DNA of 64,000 nucleotides, taken from Macrostomum hystrix (taxonomy: Eukaryota > Animalia > Platyhelminthes). The stretch is from positions 1,798,001-1,862,000 of the forward strand of contig CATNEN010000011.1 of NCBI GenBank assembly GCA_950097015.1, in the 5' to 3' direction. Shown here piece after piece: positions 27,201 to 39,200 of the stretch. Made by a program: the position numbers and the translations under genes. Under the pieces are notes generated by a model. It was not told where the DNA came from and ran no database searches. It worked only from the letters and a program-made list of their open reading frames with translations. How positions within the stretch are numbered: position 1 is the stretch's first letter; each line of letters starts with the position of its first letter.

Positions 27201-30200
27201 TGGGATGAGTTCTGTCTATGGGATAGGTTCTGTCTATAGGATAGGTTCTGTCTATGGGATGGGTTCTGTCTATGGGATGGGTTCTGTTTACGGGATGGGT
27301 TCTGTTTATCCGGTGGGTTCTGTTTATGGGATGCGTTCTGTTTATGGGATGGGTTCTGTTTATCGGGCGGGTTCTGTTTATGGGAGGGGCTCTGTTTATG
27401 GGATAAGTTCTGTCTATGGGATGGGTTCTGTTTATCCGGTGGGTTCTGTTTATGGGATGGGTTGCGTTTATCCGATGGGTTCTGTTTATCGGGTGGGTTC
27501 TGTTTATGGGATGGGTTCTGTCTATGGAATGGGTTCTGTTTATGGGGTGGGTTCTGTTTATCGGGCGGGTTCTGTTTATGGGAGGGGCTCTGTTTATGGG
27601 ATAAGTTCTGTCTATGGGATGGGTTCTGTTTATCCGGTGGGTTCTGTTTATGGGATGGGTTGCGTTTATCCGATGGGTTCTGTTTATCGGGTGGGTTCTG
27701 TTTATGGGATGGGTTCTGTCTATGGAATGGGTTCTGTTTATGGGGTGGGTTCTGTTTATGGGGTGGGTTCTGTTTATCGGATAGGTTCTGTTTATGGGAT
27801 GAGTTCTGTCTATGGGATAGGTTCTGTCTATGGGATGGGTTCTGTTTATTGGATGGGTTCTGTCTATGGAATGGGTTCTGTCTATGGAATGGGTTCTGTC
27901 TATGGAATGGGTTCTGTCTATGGAATGGGTTCTGTTTATGGTATGGGTTCTGTCTATGCGATGGGTTCTGTCTATGGGATGGGTTCTGTCTATGGAATGG
28001 GTTCTGTTTATGGGGTGGGTTCTGTTTATGTGTTTTCTTTTCGTAGGCAAAGTTCTGTTCATATTCTCTTCGGCAAAAGATTCCTTATCTGAAAGTGTCA
28101 TTTCTAAGAAAAGTTTAACAAGTATACGAAGCAAATTTGTACAGCATAGCCTGAACCCAAGTTAAAAAAGCCATAAGGCTTATCTTAGCTTAGGCCTTAG
28201 CAAATAGTGTCAGAACTATTTTTGTATTTACGAGCTACATTACGCTTTATCTGCGAGACGTATTTATGTTTAGTTATACTGCACACAGTTTATCAGCTAA
28301 ATTTATAAATATTTTATAACTCTACTTAAAACTTCGAATAAATTAAGTAATTATGCTGCGCAGATTGTGCATGCTAGCCTAATAAGACTAAGAAAGTACA
28401 CGTACCAACTTTCTTGGACACAATCTGCTCATCTTTCAGGCAGCTGTTGCCCCGAAGCGTGTACATTGTGCGCAGTACACGAACCAGGTTGTCCCGATGA
28501 CACGAGATCTTCTTCGAAGATTTTGGACAGCCTGGAAATGTCATATCAGAGAAGCAGAAAAACTGTTTGACAAGCTAAAAAACTAAGCGATGACGGCACT
28601 GTTAGCAGTAGAAAGAACACTGGGATATTTCAAATACCCACAATTCACACAAAAATAGGCTTTCGTTTTTGACTGTTTTCGATTGATTAAATTGTAATTT
28701 TGTTATATTTCTGAACCAATATGAATTTGCCATATTGGTTTACACAGAGCGTAAATCGGACATTCGGTTTGGGAGCTGTAGTGAAGTAGGCAGAGGCTCT
28801 TTCTATTGTTAAATATAAGTTTTAACAGGACTTAGTCAAAAGTGCAACTTACGGCACCGCTTTTTCTCGATTTTGACATTCTTGCGACACCTGCAATGCT
28901 TCTGGTAGCGCGTCACCGTGGTGATGCGCTTGAAGTCGTCTTCGCGACACTTGGTTGACCTCACCTGGCGACCCACCGGGCAGCCGGGAGACTTGACAAG
29001 GTTGCGGACGTGCCTAGTGCAAACCCGCTTGCCCCGACCGGCATCCTGCAGTCGGTAGCGAGTCTGCCGAGTCACCAGACGCTCAGAGCGGCAGGTCGTC
29101 TCACTGTGACTCTTGGGACAGCCTGCAACCGGATATTAGGACAACGCAAACTCTAGTTCAACCGTACTCTAGTTCGCTCGTACTCGAGTTCACTTGTACT
29201 CTAGTTCGCTCGTACTCGAGTTCACTCGTACTCTAGTTCGCTCGTACTCGAGTTCACTTGTACTCTAGTTCGCTCGTACTCGAGTTCGCTCGTACTCGAG
29301 TTCACTTGTACTCTAGTTCACTCGTACTCTAGTTCACTGTTTTTGTCATTATTTATTCCGGCCGGTTGACTCGCTCCGGGGGCGGCGGGTCACGGTCTCG
29401 ATCTCACGCAGGAAAGAAAGAACACGCGGGCCGTTGGTAGTGAGGACGGCAAGAATCGGGTTATTGCCCAGGTGCCGGCGGCGGGCGGCGGCGTGGGATG
29501 GCAGTCAATGAGCAGGCGCTGAGCGTCCTCCACCGCTTGCCCTCAGACTCTAGTTAGCTCGTACTCTAGGTTGCTCGTAATCGAGTGCGCTCGTACTCTA
29601 GTTCACTCGTACTCTAGTTCACTCGAACTCTAGTTCACTCGTACTCTTGTTCACTCGTACTCTAGCTCTCTTACTATAGTTCCCTCACACTGAGCTCTCT
29701 CATGCTCTACTTCTCCAAAACCAAATTGTGATCAAATTAAATGTACTCACGACACAATTCGCTGGATTTTCTTTGCACCCGGACGCATTTGCAGTTGCGC
29801 AGGCGGTAACTAACGAAGGTCACCTCTCTGTAGCCATTGCGCTTGCAGGGGCCGCGAATCGGCTTACGACTTGAGACGCAGACTGTTAAATTTCGTGAAT
29901 TATTAAAACTGTAATTATGATTACTGTAACTATAACCGTATAGTCGTGTTAGACGGAGCAACGTCGCTATTAGACAGTACAACTATATATTTTAAGATAA
30001 GAGTTTTTTTAAGAGCAAGAGCCACAATAGACGACTGTGGATGGTAAAAAGCAGAAAAGTGCCGACTTTAAAAAAAAAAAATATTTTTTGATTAAATTTA
30101 TTTGATGATCAACGAGATGTGCTGTGGAATATTTTGACATCTGTTAACAGGGTCGTTAGCAGTCATTTAACTACATCCTCCAACATTCTTTTACTGCATG

Positions 30201-33200
30201 TGACAGATATAACAACAATAAACATTATAGCAATGCGCTCGTAATTGCAGGAGGGCTGCGGGCAATGGCACATCATTTGGTGACACTAGACCCGCGACTC
30301 CTGAGCACACACGCACTCAGATACTGAACGCAGGCACACGCTCACACAGGTGTGTACATATGCCCTGACTTTCTCATCGTCAGGCAGTGTGCACTCACTG
30401 TGCCTTGGAGGTTGGCCCTAAAGGGCGTAAATTGCGCGACAAGCCCCCAAGTCTTCTCTCCGCGGCTGCGCCCCAAATGAATTTTACCTCGCGGCGGAAT
30501 TGAGCTCAGGAACCTTGGTGCGAGAGGCAAACACGTTAGACCGCTTTGCCACCGACCACCGCATGTGACAGACACAGAGTGACAAAATTCGCAAGTTTAT
30601 CTCGCTCACCGATTTTCTTCTCCCTCCGACGCACCTTTCTCTGACAGGTGCCTCTAACCAGTCTCCAGGTGGTGGTGCTGACCACTCTCCTAGCGTCGTC
30701 GATGCAAACAACTCGCGTTGAGTTCTTCGGACAGCCTGTGCTCAGAAAAAAAAACGAACAGGTGTAATTAAATATCTAACGATAAATACGTTAGTACATA
30801 AAGCGAAATAAAATTACAATAAATTAACTCACAGCATTTAACGCTGGTAATGTCGATTCTTTTTCGACACCGACAATTTCTGGTGTAACTGTTGACCCTG
30901 GTGACTTTCTGGTTGCATCTGGCGTCGCACTTTGTTCGGCTCACCTTTGTGCCGTTCTTGCACTCTGAGTTGAAAATGGCTTGTCGATTTTTAGTCTCAC
31001 AATGCTACAATGATCTCCCCCGGTGACCCCAACAAATAGCTAATTATGGGGCAAACGATCGGGCAAATTGTCACCTAATTTAGGTAGCAACTTATCCCTT
31101 TAGGTTGCAAGTTATCCCCTCAGGTTGCAAGTTATCCCCTTAGGTTGCAAGTTATCCCCTTAGGTTGAAACTTATCCCCTTAGGTTGCAACTTATCCCCT
31201 TAGGTTGTAACTTTTCCCCTAAGGTTGTAACTTTTCCCCTTAGGTTGCAACTTATCCCCTCAAGTTGAAACTTATCCCCTTAGGTTGAAACTTATCCCCC
31301 TAGGTTGTAACTTTTCCCCTTAGGTTGCAACTTATCCCCTCAAGTTGAAACTTATCCCCTTAGGTTGAAACTTACCCCCTTAGGTTGCAAGTTATCCCCT
31401 TAGGTTGCAACTTATCCCCTTAGGTTGCAAGTTATCCCCTTAGGTTGCAACTTATCCCCTTAGGTTGCAAGTTTTCCCCTCAAGTTGAAACTTATCCCCT
31501 CAAGTTGAAACTTATCCCCTTAGGTTGAAACTTATCCCCCTAGGTTGTAACTTTTCCCCTTAGGTTGCAACTTATCCCCTCAAGTTGAAACTTATCCCCT
31601 TAGGTTGAAACTTATCCCCCTAGGTTGTAACTTTTCCCCTTAGGTTGCAACTTATCCCCTCAAGTTGAAACTTATCTCCTTAGGTTGAAACTTATCCCCC
31701 TAGGTTGTAACTTTTCCCCTTAGGTTGCAACTTATCCCCTCAAGTTGAAACTTATCCCCTTAGGTTGAAACTTACCCCCTTAGGTTGCAACTTATCCCCT
31801 CAAGTTGAAACTTATCCCCTCAAGTTGAAACTTACCCCCTTAGGTTGAAACTTACCCCCTTAGGTTGAAACTTATCCCCTTAGGTTGAAACTTATCTCCT
31901 TAGGTTGCAAATTATCCCCTCAAGTTGAAACTTATCCCCTTAGGTTGCAACTTATCCCCTTAGGTTGAAACTTACCCCCTTAGGTTGAAACTTATCTCCT
32001 TAGGTTGCAAATTATCCCCTCAAGTTGAAACTTATCCCCTTAGGTTGCAACTTATCCCCTCAAGTTGAAACTTACCCCCTTAGGTTGAAACTTATCTCCT
32101 TAGGTTGCAACTTATCCCCTCAAGTTGAAACTTACCCCCTTAGGTTGAAACTTATCTCCTTAGGTTGCAACTTATCCCCTCAAGTTGAAACTTATCCCCT
32201 CAAGTTGAAACTTATCCCCTTAGGTTGCAACTTATCCCCTCAAGTTGAAACTTATCCCCCTTAGGTTGAAACTTACCCCCTTAGGTTGCAACTTATCCCC
32301 TCAAGTTGAAACTTATCCCCCTTAGGTTGAAACTTACCCCCTTAGGTTGCAACTTATCCCCCTAGGTTGTAACTTTACCCCTTAGGTTGTAACTTTTCCC
32401 CTTAGGTTGTAACTTATACCCTTAGGTTGAAGATTATCCCCTTAGGTTCCCCTATGTAGAATATAATCCCCTAATTCGAAGCAACCTTGAAAACAACTCA
32501 GGACAAAGTGTGCCATCGCAAGCCCCTGTCCACTTACTGATCTTCGTCTTTGACACCTGCTTGTTCCTGTGACAGCGTTCGCTCCTAAGCTTGTAACTAA
32601 CTGTGGCTCGCTCTTTGACTGTGTGCCGCAGACATCGAGTGGAAATGATGGGATCAGGACAGCCTGAAAAATATTTCAGGGAAGACATTTTTCAAGTCTA
32701 TATTCCTGAAATCTGACGACTTGAATAGAATAATCGACTAAGAATTAAAAAAAAAAATAACTTACGACACAAGACACGTCTGTGCCTAACCCGTTTAACA
32801 CACTTGCAGTTTCGCTTGTCGTATGACACCTTGGTGACAACTTTGGTGTTGTCTGCTTTGCAATCGGACTCAGATATCGATGTCTTCGGACAGTCTGTGA
32901 CAGGGAATCGTGGAGTTTTAAGAGTTTTTAACAAGTTCTAGTCTATTTAACGATCTCCGATCTTGAGCACACACCCGTTGGCTTTTTCTCCACCTTCTTA
33001 GTCTTGATGCACTGCTGGCCCCTGAGTGTCTGGCTGACTGTCACGGTGATGAGAACATTGCGGCGGCATTCGACAGTTTGAGCCGGCTTTGGACAAGCTG
33101 GAATGAAGATAATGCATATTAGAATAGGATCATGTGATTATAATAAGACAAAATATCATTACAACTTAAATAAAGCCTTCTTTGGGAGTTGTAGTTTAGT

Positions 33201-36200
33201 GGGGTTGTTGCTAAGTGGGGTTGTTTCTTAGTGGGGCTGTTGCTTAGTGGGCGTTGTATCCTAGCGGGGGTTGTTGCTTAGTGGGCGTTGTATCCTAGCG
33301 GGGGTTGTTGCTTAGTGGGCGTTGTATCCTAGCGGGGGTTGTTGCCTAGTGACAGGGTTGTAGCCTAGTGACAGGGTTGTAGCCTAGTGACAGGGTTGTA
33401 GCCTAGTGACAGGGTTGTAGCCTAGTGACAGGGTTGTAGCCTAGTAACAGGGTTGTAGCCTAGTGACAGGGTTGTAGCCTAGTGACAGGGTTGTAGCCTA
33501 GTGACAGGGTTGTAGCCTAGTGACAGGGTTGTAGCCTAGTAACAGGGTTGTAGCCTAGTGACAGGGTTGTAGCCTAGTGACAGGGTTGTAGCCTAGTGAC
33601 AGGGTTGTAGCCTAGTGACAGGGTTGTAGCCTAGTGACAGGGTTGTAGCCTAGTGACAGGGTTGTAGCCAATTGATGGGGTTGTAGCCTAGTGACAGGGT
33701 TGTAGCCTAGTGATGGGGTTGTAGCCTAGTGACAGGGTTGTAGCCTAGTGACAGGGTTTTAGCCTAGTAACAGGGTTGTAGCCTAGTGACAGGGTTGTAG
33801 CCTAGTGACAGGGTTGTAGCCTAGTGACAGGGTTGTAGCCTAGTGACAGGGTTGTAGCCTAGTGACAGGGTTGTAGCCTAGTGACAGGGTTGTAGCCTAG
33901 TGACAGGGTTGTAGCCTAGTGACAGGGTTGTAGCCAATTGATGGGGTTGTAGCCTAGTGACAGGGTTGTAGCCTAGTGATGGGGTTGTAGCCTAGTGACA
34001 GGGTTGTAGCCTAGTGACAGGGTTTTAGCCTAGTAACAGGGTTGTAGCCTAGTGACAGGGTTTTAGCCTAGTGACAGGGTTGTAGCCTAGTGACAGGGTT
34101 GTAGCCTAGTGACAGGGTTGTAGCCTAGTGACAGGGTTGTAGCCTAGTGACAGGGTTGTAGCCTAGTGACAGGGTTTTAGCCTAGTGACAGGGTTGTAGC
34201 CTAGTGACAGGGTTGTAGCCAATTGATGGGGTTGTAGCCTAGTGACAGGGTTGTAGCCTAGTGATGGGGTTGTAGCCTAGTGACAGGGTTGTAGCCTAGT
34301 GACAGGGTTTTAGCCTAGTAACAGGGTTGTAGCCTAGTGACAGGGTTTTAGCCTAGTGACAGGGTTGTAGCCTAGTGACAGGGTTGTAGCCTAGTGACAG
34401 GGTTGTAGCCTAGTGACAGGGTTGTAGCCTAGTGACAGGGTTGTAGCCTAGTGATGGGATTGTAGCCTAGTGAGGCAATTGTAGCCTTTTGTTAGGGCGT
34501 TGGGCTAACGACTTGAAGGTCAGGGGTTTGATTCCCGACTCCACTGAAACAATTTGTGTCCTTTAGCAAGACACTTAACTCTGCATTGCTTCAGTTCACC
34601 CAGCTGTTAAATTGGTACCAGCATTAGCCGGTGTAATTGAAGGTGGGTGTGGCGTCCCCCCAGTCCATGGACTGAACAGCTGTACGCAGCCTTCAGATGC
34701 GCCGCGCAATAGCAGCAGCTGTGCTGTCGGCTGCACAGCTGGCCCGATTTGGGCAGATAAAAATCAACTATAATTATTGTCTTTATTCAATAATAATAAT
34801 TGATTACACCTGCCCCAATCGGGTTAGATGTGCAGTCGACAGCACAGCCGCAGCTGTTGCGCGGCGCATCTGAAGGCTGCGTACAGCTGTTCAGTCCATG
34901 GACTGGGGGGACGCCACACCCACCTTCAATTACACCGGCTGATGCTGGTACCCATTTAACAGCTGGGTGAACTGAAGCAATGCAGAGTTAAGTGTCTTGC
35001 TAAAGGACACAAATTGCTCTTGTAGAGTCGGGAATCGAACCCCCGACCTTCAAGTCGTTAGTCCGACGCCCTAACCACTAGGCTACAACCTCTTTATTCA
35101 AAAACCACTCATAAGTAGATCATCGCTCACCACATCGCCGACTCATTTTGACCTTCTTGACCAGGCAGGCGTAGCGGCTCTGCGGTGCTGGCAGCAGCAC
35201 CACCCTACCAATTGTCAGCTCGGTAGTCTGAAAGCCGGTGCCCAGATTGCAGGGCCCGGCTATCAGCGGCGCCATGATTGGCTTGCAGAGCTTGCGCTCA
35301 GTTGTCTCAGCGGGGCACACCGTGCTCCGATCGCACCGATTCTGGCGAACATTCAGACGGTACGTGGTGACGCACTTCCGGTTCCATTTCAGCTTCCGGT
35401 CAGGTTTCAATTCCACCTTGGTCTTTGGACAGCCTGCGAGTATTGATTTTAGTTAGAGGTGAGTTGCAACCCTGACTTATTGTCTCTTCAGGAGCTATCA
35501 GTTCAGGTCTTCAGGAGCTATCAGTTCAGGTTCTTCAGGAGCTATCAGTTCAGGTTCTTCAGGAGCTATCAGTTCAGGTTCTTCAGGAGCTATCAGTTCA
35601 GGTTCTTCAGGAGCTATCAGTTCAGATTATTCAGGAGCTATCAGTTCAGGTTCTTCAGGAGCTATCAGTTCAGGTTCTTCAGGAGCTATCAGTTCAGGTT
35701 CTTCAGGAGCTATCAGTTCAGGTTCTTCAGGAGCTATCAGTTCAGATTATTCAGGAGCTATCAGTTCAGGTTCTTCAGGAGCTATCAGTTCAGGTTCTTC
35801 AGGAGCTATCAGTTCAGGTTCTTCAGGAGCTATCAGTTCAGATTATTCAGGAGCTATCAGTTCAGATCTTCAGGAGCTATCCGTTCAGGTCTTCAGGAGC
35901 TATCCGTTCAGGTCTTCAGGAGAGCTACCAGTTCTGGTTCTTCAGGAGCTATCAGTTCAGGTCTTCAGGAGCTATCCGTTCAGGTCTTCAGGAGAGCTAC
36001 CAGTTCAGATTATTCAGGAGCTATCAGTTCAGATTATTCAGGAGCTATTAGTTCAGATTATTCAGGAGCTATCAGTTCAGATTATTCAGGAGCTATCAGT
36101 TCAGATTATTCAGGAGCTATCAGTACAGATTATTCAGGAGCTATCAGTTCAGATTATTCAGGAGCTATCAGTACAGATTATTCAGGAGCTATCCATTCAG

Positions 36201-39200
36201 ATTATTCAGGAGCTATCAGTTCAGATTGTTCAGGAGCTATCAGTTCAGATTATTCAGGAGCTATCCGTTCAGGTCTTCAGGAGCTATCCGTTCAGATTGT
36301 TCAGGAGCGATCAGTTCAGATTGTTCAGGAGCTATCAGTTCAGATTGTTCAGGAGCTATCAGTTCAGATTATTCAGGAGCTATTAGTTCAGATTATTCAG
36401 GAGCTATCAGTTCAGATTGTTCAGGAGCTATCAGTTCAGATTATTCAGGAGCTATCAGTACAGATTATTCAGGAGCTATCCATTCAGATTATTCAGGAGC
36501 TATCAGTTCAGATTGTTCAGGAGCTATCAGTTCAGATTATTCAGGAGCTATCCGTTCAGGTCTTCAGGAGCTATCCGTTCAGATTGTTCAGGAGCGATCA
36601 GTTCAGATTGTTCAGGAGCTATCAGTTCAGATTGTTCAGGAGCTATCAGTTCAGATTATTCAGGAGCTATTAGTTCAGATTGTTCAGGAGCTATTAGTTC
36701 AGATTGTTCAGGAGCTATCAGTTCAGATTATTCAGGAGCTATCAGTTCAGATTGTTCAGGAGCTATCAGTTCAGATTGTTCAGGAGCTATCAGTTCAGAT
36801 TATTCAGGAGCTATTAGTTCAGATTATTCAGGAGCTATTAGTTCAGATTATTCAGGAGCTATTTGTTCAGGTCTTCAGGAGCTATCAGTTCAGGTTCTTC
36901 AGGAGCTATCCGTTCAGGTCTTCAGGAGCTATCCTTTCAGGTTCTTCAGGAGCTATCCGTTCAGGTCTTCAGGAGCTATCCGTTCAGGTCTTCAGGAGCT
37001 ATCCGTTCAGGTCTTCAGGAGCTATCCGTTCAGGTCTTCAGGAGCTATCCGTTCAGATTATTCAGGAGCTATCTGTTCAGGTCTTCAGGAGCTATCAGTT
37101 CAGGTTCTTCAGGAGCTATCCGTTCAGGTCTTCAGGAGCTATCCGTTCAGGTTCTTCAGGAGCTATCCATTCAGGTCTTCAGGAGCTATCCGTTCAGGTC
37201 TTCAGGAGCTATCCGTTCAGGTCTTCAGGAGCTATCCGTTCAGATTATTCAGGAGCTATCCGTTCAGTTCTTCAGGAGCTATCAGTTCAGGTTCTTCAGG
37301 AGCTATCCGTTCAGGTCTTCAGGAGCTATCTGTTCAGGTCTTCAGGAGCTATTAGTTCAGATTATTCAGGAGCTATCCGTTCAGGTCTTCAGGAGCTATC
37401 TGTTCAGGTCTTCAGGAGCTATCAGTTCAGGTTCTTCAGGAGCTATCAGTTCAGATTATTCAGGAGCTATTAGTTCAGATTGTTCAGGAGCTATCAGTTC
37501 AGATTATTCAGGAGCTATTAGTTCAGATTATTCAGGAGCTATCAGTTCAGATTATTCAGGAGCTATCAGTTCAGATTATTCAGGAGCTATTAGTTCAGAT
37601 TATTCAGGAGCTATCCGTTCAGGTCTTCAGGAGCTATCCGTTCAGGTCTTCAGGAGCTATCAGTTCAGATTATTCAGGAGCTATTAGTTCAGATTATTCA
37701 GGAGCTATCCGTTCAGATTATTCAGGAGCTATTAGTTCAGATTATTCAGGAGCTATCCGTTCAGGTCTTCAGGAGCTATCCGTTCAGGTCTTCAGGGACT
37801 ATCAGTTCAGATTATTCAGGAGCTATCAGTTCAGATTGTTCAGGAGCTATCAGTTCAGATTGTTCAGGAGCTATTAGTTCAGATTGTTCAGGAGCTATCA
37901 GTTCAGATTATTCAGGAGCTATCAGTTCAGATTGTTCAGGAGCTATCAGTTCAGATTGTTCAGGAGCTATCAGTTCAGATTATTCAGGAGCTATTAGTTC
38001 AGATTATTCAGGAGCTATTAGTTCAGATTATTCAGGAGCTATTTGTTCAGGTCTTCAGGAGCTATCAGTTCAGGTTCTTCAGGAGCTATCCGTTCAGGTC
38101 TTCAGGAGCTATCCTTTCAGGTTCTTCAGGAGCTATCCGTTCAGGTCTTCAGGAGCTATCCGTTCAGGTCTTCAGGAGCTATCCGTTCAGATTATTCAGG
38201 AGCTATCTGTTCAGGTCTTCAGGAGCTATCAGTTCAGGTTCTTCAGGAGCTATCCGTTCAGGTCTTCAGGAGCTATCCTTTCAGGTTCTTCAGGAGCTAT
38301 CCGTTCAGGTCTTCAGGAGCTATCCGTTCAGATTATTCAGGAGCTATCCGTTCAGATTATTCAGGAGCTATTAGTTCAGATTATTCAGGAGCTATCCGTT
38401 CAGGTCTTCAGGAGCTATCCGTTCAGGTCTTCAGGGACTATCCGTTCAGGTCTTCAGGAGCTATCAGTTCAGATTGTTCAGGAGCTATCAGTTCAGATTG
38501 TTCAGGAGCTATCAGTTCAGATTATTCAGGTGCTATCAGTTCAAGTGCTTTATCGAGAGTGGACACTGCCCATGGCGATTAGAAGGTCAGGACTGATGTA
38601 CATACATGTGTGAGTACGGTGCCAACGATTGCTCAGGGATAAGCGGAATGGGCAGAATTGCCTCCTAGCTGGCTGCGGGTCAACTGTCTTTTAAATATGA
38701 TGTGCCACCGCCCACAGCCCGTCAAGCATGAGCGTATATTAAAATGAATATTATTGCTGGGAATTAATCATACGGCAAACAATCCTTCGCTTTCGATGCC
38801 TATTGACGCAGGCGCAGTTCACCAGGATCTGGTAGGTCTCTGTGACAGTCTGGTAGCCTCGCTTGCCGCAGCGGCTTCTGTGGAACTTCCTGTTCGGCTG
38901 GCAGTCTAGCTTGCGATTGGGAGAAATGGCTTGTGGAATGAGGAACTGAATTTTCCTTATTCCCTCTATTCCTCTCTCCCCTTCTGTCTATTCCTCTCTC
39001 TCTCCTTATCTCTTGCTATCTCTCCTTCTTTCTATTCCTCTCTCTCCTTCTCTCTATTCCTCTCTCTCCTTCTCTCTCTCCTTCTCTCTATTCCTCTCTC
39101 TCCCTCCTTCTTTCTATTCCTCTCTCTCCTTCTCTCTATTCCTCTCTCTCCTTCTCTCTATTTCTCTCTCTTCTTATCTCTATTTCTCTCTCTCTCCTTC

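Noticed and set aside
26611-28092. 493-aa (GSVYGM)n ORF resembling Gly/Tyr-rich eggshell or glue proteins
   Set aside because: The 18-bp unit is stop-free in several frames on both strands, there is no signal peptide or splice context, and it lies antisense within an intron.
35459-38582. Several 180-415-aa ORFs in the 23/24-bp array
   Set aside because: Frames switch arbitrarily with unit length; products of the minisatellite.
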